Assembly (NCBI GenBank): GCA_964590345.1
Contig: CAZPVP010000002.1
Coordinates: forward strand, 9,945 to 73,944
Origin: an uncultured Gammaproteobacteria bacterium
Lineage (GTDB): Bacteria; Patescibacteriota; Patescibacteriia; CAIXNZ01
Length of the DNA: 64,000 nucleotides
Direction of reading: 5' to 3'
This document shows positions 20,835 to 30,006 of this stretch, piece after piece. The notes under the pieces were generated by a model. That model made no database searches, was not told the DNA's origin, and worked only from the letters and a program-made list of their open reading frames with translations. Both the position numbers and the translations under genes were made by a program. Each line of letters begins with the position of its first letter. Positions within the stretch are counted from its first letter, which is position 1.

Positions 20835-21818
20835 TTAACTCTCTTTTTGCAATAGATTGTATAAAATTGAAGCCACTTTATAGGGATCATGACGGATTAA
20901 GGCTCTGCTCAAATTATCGCCTTTAACTTTTTCCGGTATTTTTTGGCTCATGATATTTTCGCCTAAAAATTTGGTTTGCCGGCCAGCAAAATCTTTTTTA
21001 TTGACTTTAACAGGAAACTCTCCTTCTTGGGCATATGAGTCCAAAAATTTCTTGTTCGGTCTTTGGCTATTGTAAAGCACATAGTCAAAAATATCTTTCT
21101 TAAGCTCTTTTTCCAAAATTTCAACAAAATCAACAACCTTAAAATCATGGGTGTGATTTTTTTGGGTCATTAAATTGCAAATATAGACTTTTATTGCCTG
21201 AGAATCTCTAATTGCGTCAGCAATCCCGCCGATTATTAAATTGGGCAAAATGCTGGTATAAATATCACCAGGACAGATAACAATCAAATCGCTGACCAAA
21301 AGACGTTCTATGGCCGTAGGATTTGCAGTCGGTTCCTGATTAAAACCAATACTAATAATCGGCTGTTCTTTCAAATCAATTGCATGCTCGCCTGTGATGG
21401 CCTGGCCTTCCGCAGTCTTGGCAATTAAACGGACATCGTCCAATGTAACCGGTATAACATTACCTCGGGTTTGCAATACTTGCCCTGCTAATTTTAAAGC
21501 CAATTCAAAGTCGCCGGTCATTTGTTCTAAGGCCGTAATAAACAAATTGCCGAAATTTTGGCCTGCCAAATGTCCGGAAATAAAACGGAAATTAAAAAGC
21601 AAGCGCCAAATTTTTTCTGCCTGTGACAAAGCAATCAAGCACTGACGTGTATCGCCTGGCGGCAATGCTCCCAATTCGTCGCGCAACACCCCGGAAGAAC
21701 CGCCATCGTCTGTCATTGCTACAATTGCAGCCAAATCCAAATCCTGATAATTTTTTAAGCCTGTCAAAATTGTAAAAGAGCCGGTGCCTCCGCCAATAAC
21801 CGTAACTTTATACATCAA
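20835..21818 (-). CDS. yvcK: YvcK/GlmR (UPF0052) family protein
   Basis: IGGGTG, DDGGSSGVLR, PPGDTR, GNL, PGDIYTSILPNL, IRHD. Confidence 0.92.
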   Translation of the reverse strand: MMYKVTVIGGGTGSFTILTGLKNYQDLDLAAIVAMTDDGGSSGVLRDELGALPPGDTRQCLIALSQAEKIWRLLFNFRFISGHLAGQNFGNLFITALEQMTGDFELALKLAGQVLQTRGNVIPVTLDDVRLIAKTAEGQAITGEHAIDLKEQPIISIGFNQEPTANPTAIERLLVSDLIVICPGDIYTSILPNLIIGGIADAIRDSQAIKVYICNLMTQKNHTHDFKVVDFVEILEKELKKDIFDYVLYNSQRPNKKFLDSYAQEGEFPVKVNKKDFAGRQTKFLGENIMSQKIPEKVKGDNLSRALIRHDPYKVASILYNLLQKES

Positions 21819-21888
21819 ATCACCTCCCTGCGTCCTCCGAAGCTTCAGCGAAGGAGGACTTTTATAATTTGATTATTTTACCTTACTA

Positions 21889-22671
21889 TCAAATTAATTT
21901 TTTGTCAACTGAATTAATTATCTTGCCTTCTTTAACCCATGACCAATATTTTTTAGGGATCAACTTTTGGGCTAATTTAGTATTTTTCCTTTCCGGAATA
22001 AAATTCGCCTGATAAAAAACCTGCCAAAACTTATCAAAATTATTTTTACTAATTTTTAGATCAAATTTGTCTGTTGGAATCTGAAATAACTGATCCTGAT
22101 AAAGAAAGTAAATAATTTTTGGTGTTTTAAGCAGCAAATGATAACCAAAATAACGGTTCCTAAAACCATTAATCACTAAATCTCCGACTTGATTTTCTTC
22201 TTCAAAATAAGCCAGTAAAAATTTTTCTTTACTTCTTTCAATGGGAATAAAACGGATAAAACCCAAAGCCCGATGAACTTCTGACCGAACTTGCCGGGCC
22301 AAGTTAAAAAGGTCATTAGCTTCAGCTGAACTTTTATTGTTTACATAAATTAAACCAAATTTCAAGGCTTGGTGCATTGTTTCAATAATGATTTTGTATT
22401 TAAATTCTTTCCAATGGCGCAAAGCATCATTAATATTATTTTTAAATTGTAAAAAATCCTGATTTCTATTTTTTAACCATTTGACTTGGCCGAATTTTTG
22501 ATTATGATGATCTAAAATTTCCTGCCAGTTTAATCTATCAATATCAACAAAAGTTTCTTCAGCGAATAAATTATCGGCCTCATTTTTGGAACTTAAATAA
22601 TAGCCGGTTAGATTACTATATAAAACCGAGTATAAAATTGATTCAAATTTGTCTTGAAATTTTATTATCAT
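21889..22671 (-). CDS. DUF4130/TIGR03915-like putative DNA metabolism protein
   Basis: EVHRALGFIRF, FWQVFYQANFIPERKN, IPKKYW; downstream of the rSAM-HhH gene. Confidence 0.85.
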   Translation of the reverse strand: MIIKFQDKFESILYSVLYSNLTGYYLSSKNEADNLFAEETFVDIDRLNWQEILDHHNQKFGQVKWLKNRNQDFLQFKNNINDALRHWKEFKYKIIIETMHQALKFGLIYVNNKSSAEANDLFNLARQVRSEVHRALGFIRFIPIERSKEKFLLAYFEEENQVGDLVINGFRNRYFGYHLLLKTPKIIYFLYQDQLFQIPTDKFDLKISKNNFDKFWQVFYQANFIPERKNTKLAQKLIPKKYWSWVKEGKIINSVDKKLI

Positions 22672-22677
22672 AAATTT

Positions 22678-22745
22678 AGATTACAGATTACAGATTTCAG
22701 ATTAACAATGATCTTCCGCAATCTGTAATCTGACATCTGCAATAT
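22678..22745. repeat. Inverted heptamer tandem arrays with no cargo
   Basis: (AGATTAC)x4 degenerate, 12-nt spacer, (GTAATCT)x4 degenerate. Confidence 0.8.
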
Positions 22746-22748
22746 GAT

Positions 22749-24002
22749 TTAAATTGCCTCTAAACACAAACTCAATTGCAAATTTTCTTCTTTTTGTTCT
22801 GGTCTTAAAAGGCCAGTAGCTATAATACTTTTGTCTGAAAACGGTAAAAACTTGGATCTTTTTTCTAAATTTACTCCGCCAAAATATTGCCCGTTTATTA
22901 AAATAAAATCCCTGGCTCTTTTTAAAACTACGCCCATATTTTTTAATTCTGCTAAACTTTTTATTAAATATCCTTTTCGCAAACTAATAATTCGGCGGGC
23001 GCTTATTTCACCTAAACCAGGGATTCGTAATAAAACATGAAAAGGCGCTTTATTAATTTCAATTGGAAATTTGTCTAAATTTTTCAAAGCCCAAGCCATT
23101 TTGGGATCCAAATCAATTGGCAAATTGCCCTGCTCATCAAAAGGCAATTCCTCAAAAGCAAAACCATAACGTCTAAGCAGCCAGTCCGCCTGATATAGCC
23201 GATTTTCCCTTTTTAAGGGAACTTGATTTTTAATCGGCAAATTATTATCTTGATTGACTGGTACAAAAGCTGAATAATAAACCCGACGTAAATTAATTTT
23301 TTGATAAAGCCAGGTGCTGGTCATTATAATCTCCTGATCGCTCTCGCCAGCCGCGCCAATTACCATTTGCGTAGTCTGGCCAGCCGGAATTTGCCGCCCG
23401 CCATTATCAATAATTTTTTTCATCACCATCATCGGACCGATAATATCATGTTTTAAATCCTTTTCCGGGGAAATCAAAGCTAATTTTTCCATGGTAGGAC
23501 ATTCCAAATTAACGCTCATGCGATCAGCCAATTTGGCTCCTTTTTCAATTAATGTCTGATTAATTCCAGGCAAAACTTTTAAATGAATATAACCATGAAA
23601 CTGGTATTCAAACCGCAAAATTTCTACAACCTTAATCATGCGTTCCATTGTTTCTTCGGCATTTTTATTAATACCTGAAGTTAAAAAAAGACCCTCAACA
23701 TAATTTCTTTTATAAAACTGGATAAATAAATCAGCTAATTCTCTTTCTGCAAAACAGGTGCGCGGCCTGTCATTGCTTTGGCGATTCACACAATACAAAC
23801 AATTATTTATGCATTGGTTAGTTAATAAAACCTTAAACAAAGAAACACAGCGACCATCAGGCGTAAAAGAATGACAAACGCCCATGCGCGTCACATTACC
23901 CATGCCTTTTACGCCCCAGCTTTTGGGCGTGCAACCAGTTGAAGCGCAAACATCATATTTGGCTGCTTCAGTTAAAATTTTTAATTTATCAATAGTTTCC
24001 AT
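22749..24002 (-). CDS. Putative DNA modification/repair radical SAM protein with HhH (TIGR03916-like); likely start METIDK at 24002
   Basis: AKYDVC, CHSFTPDGRCVSL, CINNCLYC, RLYQADWL, LLRIPGLG HhH. Confidence 0.92.
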   Translation of the reverse strand: METIDKLKILTEAAKYDVCASTGCTPKSWGVKGMGNVTRMGVCHSFTPDGRCVSLFKVLLTNQCINNCLYCVNRQSNDRPRTCFAERELADLFIQFYKRNYVEGLFLTSGINKNAEETMERMIKVVEILRFEYQFHGYIHLKVLPGINQTLIEKGAKLADRMSVNLECPTMEKLALISPEKDLKHDIIGPMMVMKKIIDNGGRQIPAGQTTQMVIGAAGESDQEIIMTSTWLYQKINLRRVYYSAFVPVNQDNNLPIKNQVPLKRENRLYQADWLLRRYGFAFEELPFDEQGNLPIDLDPKMAWALKNLDKFPIEINKAPFHVLLRIPGLGEISARRIISLRKGYLIKSLAELKNMGVVLKRARDFILINGQYFGGVNLEKRSKFLPFSDKSIIATGLLRPEQKEENLQLSLCLEAI

Positions 24003-24131
24003 TACATTTAAAATTAGCTTCGGCTGGACAATGTAACCATAAAAGCCCATAATCTTTTAAAGTCTTTGCCCAGCCGAACTCTGGCCTGTTAGTTTAGCTG
24101 CCTATTTTTAAAAAAATAGGTTTATTTATAA

Positions 24132-24224
24132 TTATTTAATTTTCAAGCTCGGATCAAGCGAATAAATTAAGGAAAAAAACTTACAAACAACCCGGCGATA
24201 AATCATTTTTTGTTTTCTTGACAT
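24132..24224 (-). CDS. Possible 30-aa small protein MSRKQKMIYRRVVCKFFSLIYSLDPSLKIK
   Basis: Hand-translated ATG-TAA ORF between lexA and the rSAM gene; below the ORF-track cut-off. Confidence 0.4.
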   Translation of the reverse strand: MSRKQKMIYRRVVCKFFSLIYSLDPSLKIK

Positions 24225-24529
24225 AATAATATTTGTTAATTAGTTTATTAGCCTTCGCTAACCGTAGTTAGCTTCGGCTAACAAAGGTTAGTTAATTAGT
24301 ATATTGGGCACAAATTATATTTCAACTTAACATTTGTATGTTTGTATTAAATTTGTATTTTCGTAGGAGTTAATTTATAATAATAAAAAGAGAGACCTTG
24401 TTTATCCAATAAGTGTTTCTCTGTCGCTAAACAGAATTCACCCCAAGCTTCGGGGTGAGTTTTGTTTTAGAAGATGCGTTATCTAAAACTTAACCCGCCC
24501 CAAAAGCAGAGTGTATTTAAAATTAATTA

Positions 24530-25141
24530 TTAAACAACGGCAAATTTGCGAATAACAGCCCGAACAACTCCCTGAACCATCACATTTTTAGCAAAAATAG
24601 GCTTCATGGTAGAATTGGCCGGCTGCAGCCTGACGCGATTGGCTTCTTTGTAAAACTTTTTTAACGTCGCAAAAGTATTATCCAGCAAAGCGACTACCAC
24701 CTGGCCGTTTTGCGGATTTTCATTTTCTTCAACAATCACATAATCGCCATCGTAAATCCCCTCTTCAATCATTGATTCTCCTTTAACTTTTAAAACATAA
24801 GACTTGGCTTCATCTTTAACAAAATCTGCCGGCACAGCAATTTTCTCCTTATTTTCCACGGCCTCAATAGGTTCACCAGCCGTAATTAACCCGGCCAAGC
24901 TCAAAAAAATCGCGTCTGCCCTTTCATTTTCAACAATTTCTATTGATCTGGCTTCATTAGGATCTGTTTTTAAATAACCTTTGTTTTGCAAAGCTTGGAC
25001 ATGCTCACAAACTGTGGCTGTTGAAGACAAGCCAAAATGCTGGCCTATCTCCCGATAACTTGGGGCATAACCATTATCTTCGATAAATTGATTTATAAAA
25101 TCTAATATTTCTTTTTGGCGTTTTGTTAAATTGTCACCCAT
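24530..25141 (-). CDS. lexA: SOS repressor LexA
   Basis: LTKRQKEIL...PSYREI wHTH, TAG Ala-Gly cleavage site, GESM Ser, TLKK Lys. Confidence 0.96.
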   Translation of the reverse strand: MGDNLTKRQKEILDFINQFIEDNGYAPSYREIGQHFGLSSTATVCEHVQALQNKGYLKTDPNEARSIEIVENERADAIFLSLAGLITAGEPIEAVENKEKIAVPADFVKDEAKSYVLKVKGESMIEEGIYDGDYVIVEENENPQNGQVVVALLDNTFATLKKFYKEANRVRLQPANSTMKPIFAKNVMVQGVVRAVIRKFAVV

Positions 25142-25581
25142 AAGGTTTAAGGTTTAAGATTTAAGATGTAAGATTATTATTTTAAAGATTTAATCCAACC
25201 GTTTAATATTCTGCCCGTTTCATTTGCCAATTCTGACAATTGAATAAATTTTTCTTTTTTAATATATTTTAATTCGTAACTTAATAGTATTTGATACTTT
25301 AATTCCTCTAATGAGGCTTCTGCATAATAATAAAAATTAAATTTGTCTTTTCCTCTTCTTTTAAATCCTTCTGCAATATTTGAAGGCACTGAAATCGCAC
25401 ATCTTCTTATCTGGGATACTAAACCATATTTCTCATGTTCTGGAAAAGCAACAGTTGCTTTATAAACTAATAAAACTAATTTGTGAGATTTTTCCCAAGC
25501 TTTTAAATCATTGATAGTCCTTATAGTTTTAACTTTTACCATAATTTTAAACTTAGTCCTTAAACCTTAAATCTTAAATCT
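25142..25581. mobile_element. Four-helix-bundle gene cassette bounded by inverted heptamer arrays
   Basis: (AAGRTTT)x5 at 25142-25176 and the complementary array at 25549-25581 enclose a single gene. Confidence 0.6.
25177..25542 (-). CDS. Four helix bundle protein (23S rRNA IVP / TIGR02436 family)
   Basis: DLKAWEKS, FPEHEKYGLVSQIRRCAISVPSNIAEG, ASLEE. Confidence 0.93.
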   Translation of the reverse strand: MVKVKTIRTINDLKAWEKSHKLVLLVYKATVAFPEHEKYGLVSQIRRCAISVPSNIAEGFKRRGKDKFNFYYYAEASLEELKYQILLSYELKYIKKEKFIQLSELANETGRILNGWIKSLK

Positions 25582-25590
25582 CCTCACAAC

Positions 25591-25665
25591 CCAAACAAAA
25601 ACCGAATAATCTTATACTTCCATAATAACCGAACAAAATCCGAATGTCAAGGGTGGTTATCCACA
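25591..25665 (-). promoter_or_regulatory. lexA operon promoter with two LexA boxes and a DnaA-box-like 9-mer
   Basis: TTGACA(25650-45)-N17-TATTAT; TTCGG-N6-TTCGG within the spacer (25644-29); second box TTCGG-N6-TTTGG (25606-591); TTATCCACA at 25657-65. Confidence 0.8.
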
Positions 25666-25793
25666 ACATAGCAAAAACTACTTTTATTTATTGAAAAAAA
25701 ATCCGCCCATTTAAGTGCGGATCATTATCCCCTTTCGCCTACAAAATAAAGGCCTTTGGTGCGTTGAGTATTGTAGTATTGGGACATAATATT

Positions 25794-26147
25794 TTAAATC
25801 TCAAAATGTTTTTTTAAATATTGCTTAATCTGATTCAGAACAGATTGATCAGCTCGACCAATTTTTTTAATTAAACGGGAATAATCTAATGATGCTAAGC
25901 AATAAACTTTAATTATAGAATCAGATTTTAAGCAATTAGAAGAATCAGCAGCAATCAAAATATCATCAGCTAATTTATTTTCCCTAACTGAAGTTAAAGG
26001 GATAACTGTCACTAAATTAGATTTACATAACTGATCATTTGCCTCTATGACAATTGCCGGACGTCTGCCTTGATATTCATGCCCTACACTGGGATCAAAA
26101 TCAGTCCAAATAATATCGCCTTACTTTAATTTACCTTTTAAATTCAT
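25794..26147 (-). pseudogene. PemK/MazF toxin gene with a nonsense codon at position 9
   Basis: ATG 26147 overlaps the antitoxin stop: MNLKGKLK*GDIIWTDFDPSVGHEYQGRRPAIV...VIPLTS; TAA at 26123-26121. Confidence 0.85.
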
Positions 26148-26989
26148 AAATTTTCATAATAATCATATTCTTCTTTTGATATCGGACCTAATTCTTTCAA
26201 TATATCTTTGCCTGCTGCGTTTTGCCACTCAGCCCAGTGGTCTGCTTGAGCATAAGGAGCTGTGCGATCATAAACCAAATAATAAGGAATTATTTCTTTT
26301 TCTTTGGCAATTTTCCATGGGGTATCTTCATGCACATAATCTTCAATCTGCTTGGCATTCATATCTGACAAATTATTTATAACTTTATCAATCAATTTAA
26401 TTTCTTCAGCTTTTTTAAAAATAGACAAATCAGGATCAACCAAAGAAATATATCTTTTTTGTGGCATGCCATGATATGTCTGACTAATAATTTTTAATTC
26501 ATCATTTTTAACCATTTGTTCAATAACCGAATTATAATCTTTTAAGCACGGTACCGGACCGAACTGCAATTTGATATAATTCATGTTTGTTACTGGCTTT
26601 CCCAAAATTTCAAAAGCATCAAAATCAATAAAATAAAGCAGTTTATACAAAACAGTCTCACCCAAATTTGGTTTACCGCCGCACTTTTGTAAAATATACA
26701 AAATCACATTTTTCAATTTATATTGATCAAACTTGAATACTTGACTCTGTTTTTTATTAGCCTTTTTTTCAACTTTATTTTTTTCATCAATCAGCAAATA
26801 ATCAACTGAAGTTCCAAATACTTGGGCAATTTTAGCCAGCTCCAAAGAATCAATACTTCTTTTACTGGCTTCAATTTGCGCTACTGCTACACGAGAAAGG
26901 CCGATTTTTGAGGCTAATTCAGCCTGACTCATATCAAAATCAAGCCTTAATTTTTTAATTTTTTGGGCCAATTTTTTTTGACTTAACAT
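26144..26989 (-). CDS. XRE-HTH plus DUF4065 (Panacea/SocA-like) antitoxin
   Basis: SQAELASKIGLSRVAVAQIE HTH; LYKLLYFIDF, FGPVP, HEDTPW. Confidence 0.88.
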   Translation of the reverse strand: MLSQKKLAQKIKKLRLDFDMSQAELASKIGLSRVAVAQIEASKRSIDSLELAKIAQVFGTSVDYLLIDEKNKVEKKANKKQSQVFKFDQYKLKNVILYILQKCGGKPNLGETVLYKLLYFIDFDAFEILGKPVTNMNYIKLQFGPVPCLKDYNSVIEQMVKNDELKIISQTYHGMPQKRYISLVDPDLSIFKKAEEIKLIDKVINNLSDMNAKQIEDYVHEDTPWKIAKEKEIIPYYLVYDRTAPYAQADHWAEWQNAAGKDILKELGPISKEEYDYYENL

Positions 26990-27216
26990 AACGTTTTTTT
27001 TACTTGACTTAACTTATTTGAATTATAACATAATATATAAAATCTTACAATGATGTAAAAAAACTTGACATTATTTGTCAAGCCTGCTATGTTGATAAAT
27101 AAGGAGCTTACTTCCAGCAATTCCCTAAGAATTGCTTAATAAATATATGGCGGCTAATTAAAGCGCTCGGGCTTTCAGCCCGAGCGCTTATGCTATTAAA
27201 AATTTTCAAATATCTC

Positions 27217-28071
27217 TTAAGCATAACATCTTAAAAATTCCCTACATATTTCCGGTGTCGTAATAGAAACTTTAAAATTATTTTCCTGCAAATCCACAGT
27301 ATGTTCTTTTATGTGATATTCTATATTTCTTTCTAAACAAAATTTAATTACTTTATAAGTTAATTCATTATAATAAGACTTGTAATTAGAAAAATCACTG
27401 GTATTACTATTATAGTTCCATTTGCCAAAAACAATTTTGTCCACAAATGAAACTTTTTCCAAAATATCCTCAATATTTTGCTTTATATTAAATTTCTCTA
27501 ACATATTAGGCGTAGGATATGGTTCTATACTTACCCAAGTTTTCAGGTCATTATTATGCAAATTCTTCAAAGATTTTATTCTTTCTCTAACTTTTGCCGC
27601 ATATGGCTCATGTATTTTTTGAAATTTATCTGATAAAGAAATTATTGTAGAACCATACTCATTTATATCTTTATAAATATTTTTATTAAACAAATCTTTG
27701 GGATAAACACCTTTACTAATTGTTATTACTTTAATATTATCTTTATTCAATCTTTTGATTACATTTAAAGTCAAATTGTGAATCTCGGGTTGTTTATACA
27801 TAAAGGGGTCAGTAGCAAAAGACAGATAAACTGATTTAATCTGATTTTTATATTTGGGAATTTCTTTTTCTAATAATTCCAATGCATTGACAACAATTTT
27901 AGGCTGGCGCCATTCATTATAATTTTTTATAACACCGCATCTTTTTTTAAGCATCATAGCATAGCAAGGATAAGTACAGCCATGCACGCAACCTTCAGCA
28001 TGATTAATACAAAAATCAGCGTATTCAACACCGCTCTTGTAAAGCAAGGTTTTCCTTGTTATTTTTTGCAT
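27217..28071 (-). CDS. Radical SAM protein (SPL/DUF5131-like), TcmP partner
   Basis: GCVHGCTYPCYA (CX3CX3C), TDPF, TWVSIEP. Confidence 0.8.
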   Translation of the reverse strand: MQKITRKTLLYKSGVEYADFCINHAEGCVHGCTYPCYAMMLKKRCGVIKNYNEWRQPKIVVNALELLEKEIPKYKNQIKSVYLSFATDPFMYKQPEIHNLTLNVIKRLNKDNIKVITISKGVYPKDLFNKNIYKDINEYGSTIISLSDKFQKIHEPYAAKVRERIKSLKNLHNNDLKTWVSIEPYPTPNMLEKFNIKQNIEDILEKVSFVDKIVFGKWNYNSNTSDFSNYKSYYNELTYKVIKFCLERNIEYHIKEHTVDLQENNFKVSITTPEICREFLRCYA

Positions 28072-28110
28072 GGGGTTTTATCTATAAAAATCTATATAGT
28101 CGCAAATATA

Positions 28111-29034
28111 TTAAATATCAAATGAGCCCTGCAACATTTTGTCTTGCTCTTTCTTCGGTAAACATTGGAAAAGAGTACCATCCAAAGTAACTTTTTTATA
28201 AATATCCTCAATTATGCTTTTTGCTCCAGTATTTCTAGAAAGAAAAATAAGATAATATTTATTCCTACCCTTATTATAACAAATATCAATTATTTTAGCT
28301 CCAAGTTCGTATTTTTTAGCCACTTTATCATTATAATCAGCAAATATATTCAAATATATTTTTAAATTTTCTTTTTCTTCGCTAGTTAAATTTTTCCAAT
28401 CCTCTCCAAAAAAATCTTGAATTCTTCTTAAATTGCCAATAGCCATTTTTTGTATATCAATAGGTAAATTTTTTTTGCATTTCTTCCCGAAAGCAAGACA
28501 TCTTTCAACTCCCTTACAAATATAATTTATTAAAAATTCCTTTGCGACATTTGGGATATTAAGCATTTTCACTAGCATTTCTCTATAAATATTTATACCA
28601 GCAGGATCTATAAAAAAGAATATAGGAGCTTTACCAGATATAATCGGCAAAATATCATCTATTTTTTTATTTATGTCTCCGTTAAAACATTTAACATAAA
28701 AACCCCTTTTAATATATGGGCTAACAAATTTTTCTAAATCTTGAAAAGCATTTTTATCTTTTTCAACAAAAATACATTTTAAATCTTTATTATATTTTTC
28801 CTTGACCAACTTGGCTATTTCTAAAGCAATTAAGGGCGAACCAAGCACTGAATTTTTAACGCCCTCATTATTATACTTTCCTCTACCTACGAAACAATCA
28901 ATAAAATACATTTCTTGACACCATTTTTGTGCTGCTAATATTTTTGCCCATGCGGATAAATAATCATTTAAAATTTTAAGTTTTGTTTTTGTCTGTGTCT
29001 TATTAGTTATATCCCAAAAATCTTTTTTCTGCAT
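28111..29034 (-). CDS. tcmP: Three-Cys-motif partner protein (methyltransferase-like fold)
   Basis: KLKILNDYLSAW, FIDCFVGRG, GSPLIAL, FVEKD, FFFIDPAG. Confidence 0.88.
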   Translation of the reverse strand: MQKKDFWDITNKTQTKTKLKILNDYLSAWAKILAAQKWCQEMYFIDCFVGRGKYNNEGVKNSVLGSPLIALEIAKLVKEKYNKDLKCIFVEKDKNAFQDLEKFVSPYIKRGFYVKCFNGDINKKIDDILPIISGKAPIFFFIDPAGINIYREMLVKMLNIPNVAKEFLINYICKGVERCLAFGKKCKKNLPIDIQKMAIGNLRRIQDFFGEDWKNLTSEEKENLKIYLNIFADYNDKVAKKYELGAKIIDICYNKGRNKYYLIFLSRNTGAKSIIEDIYKKVTLDGTLFQCLPKKEQDKMLQGSFDI

Positions 29035-29064
29035 AAAATATTATTAAATTTAATTTATGCTTTT

Positions 29065-29108
29065 ATTGTGTCCCGAACAAAAACCGAATACAAGCAAACT
29101 TATCCACA
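29065..29108 (-). promoter_or_regulatory. tcmP promoter with a LexA box and a DnaA-box-like 9-mer
   Basis: TTGTAT-N17-CACAAT overlapped by perfect TTCGGTTTTTGTTCGG (29088-73); TTATCCACA at 29100-08. Confidence 0.7.
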
Positions 29109-29111
29109 GAC

Positions 29112-29246
29112 TCACTCTCCCTCAATTATTTTAACATCCTCTTCCCCCAACCCATACAACTTATACACTGCTTGATCTATCTCATAATCCACTGCCCTTA
29201 TCCTATCCGCATTTTTCTCGCGGGATTGAGGGGTTTTATTTAATTT
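29112..29246 (-). repeat. Displaced duplicate of the 3' end of the type IIG R-M gene
   Basis: Translates KLNKTPQSREKNADRIRAVDYEIDQAVYKLYGLGEEDVKIIEGE*, matching KLNKTSESREKNKTKIEAVDYEIDQEVYKLYNLTPEEIKVVEGK* at 31171-31037. Confidence 0.92.
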
Positions 29247-29989
29247 TTAATAGTATTTATTATCGATTTATAAATAATATACAATCCTATTATAAAAACA
29301 CATATTCCCCATATTAACATTAAAGCACCCCCCATATTTATTTTTTCTTTAGTTATGAATCCAATATCTGTTAGGGCTAAAAATACTACATTGATTATGA
29401 TAAATAAAATATTTGTGCTAAAAACAAATTTTAAATTATTTTTAAAATTAAATAATTCATCAAAAAAATCATTATATCTTTTTATATTTCTAAAAATTTC
29501 ATTAGCATAATATGCATATAAATTAGATTTTCCTGCTCGTAAATCTATCAGGTGTGCCTCACTATAGCCACATGCATCCTTTAATGCATTTTCAAGATTA
29601 ATTATTTTTATTTGATTAGCTTGTATTTTTGTCTTTATATCATGACCAATTTTTTTTGAATTTTCATAAATATCATATACTTGCTGATATCTATCTTTAT
29701 ATTCAAATAAAGCTAAATATATTTTAACAAGTCTATTATAATAATCCTCTTTTTCTTTTATTAATTTTCCATAAATCAAAACAAAAAAAGTTGCGCTCAA
29801 AGCAATTATCGCACCTAAAGTTTGTGCCATAGCACTAAATAAATATCTAAAAGTATCAACATTGATTATCTGATAGCAATAAACGATAAAAGCTAAAAGA
29901 ATAATTGCAATAATAGATATGAAAATTATTATTGCCACAAAGAATCCTCGTTTAAATTCCTTACTCATATGATAAAAAATCCAGTTCAT
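29240..29989 (-). CDS. Hypothetical membrane protein (2 N-terminal and 2 C-terminal TM helices), possible defence cargo
   Basis: Hydrophobic termini around a helical soluble core; very AT-rich. Confidence 0.65.
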   Translation of the reverse strand: MNWIFYHMSKEFKRGFFVAIIIFISIIAIILLAFIVYCYQIINVDTFRYLFSAMAQTLGAIIALSATFFVLIYGKLIKEKEDYYNRLVKIYLALFEYKDRYQQVYDIYENSKKIGHDIKTKIQANQIKIINLENALKDACGYSEAHLIDLRAGKSNLYAYYANEIFRNIKRYNDFFDELFNFKNNLKFVFSTNILFIIINVVFLALTDIGFITKEKINMGGALMLIWGICVFIIGLYIIYKSIINTIKN

Positions 29990-30006
29990 ATTTTATCTCC
30001 CCTCAA

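Noticed and set aside
25177-25542. Diversity-generating retroelement (Avd-like protein)
   Set aside because: No reverse transcriptase, and I noticed no TR/VR pair with adenine-specific differences; the 29112/31037 repeat differs at all base types
22678-25581. CRISPR array
   Set aside because: Repeats are 7-8-nt tandem units without unique spacers; no cas genes
18065-26123. Stop-codon reassignment suggested by in-frame TAG (18065) and TAA (26121)
   Set aside because: TAA, TAG and TGA all terminate intact genes here; isolated lesions or sequence errors are simpler
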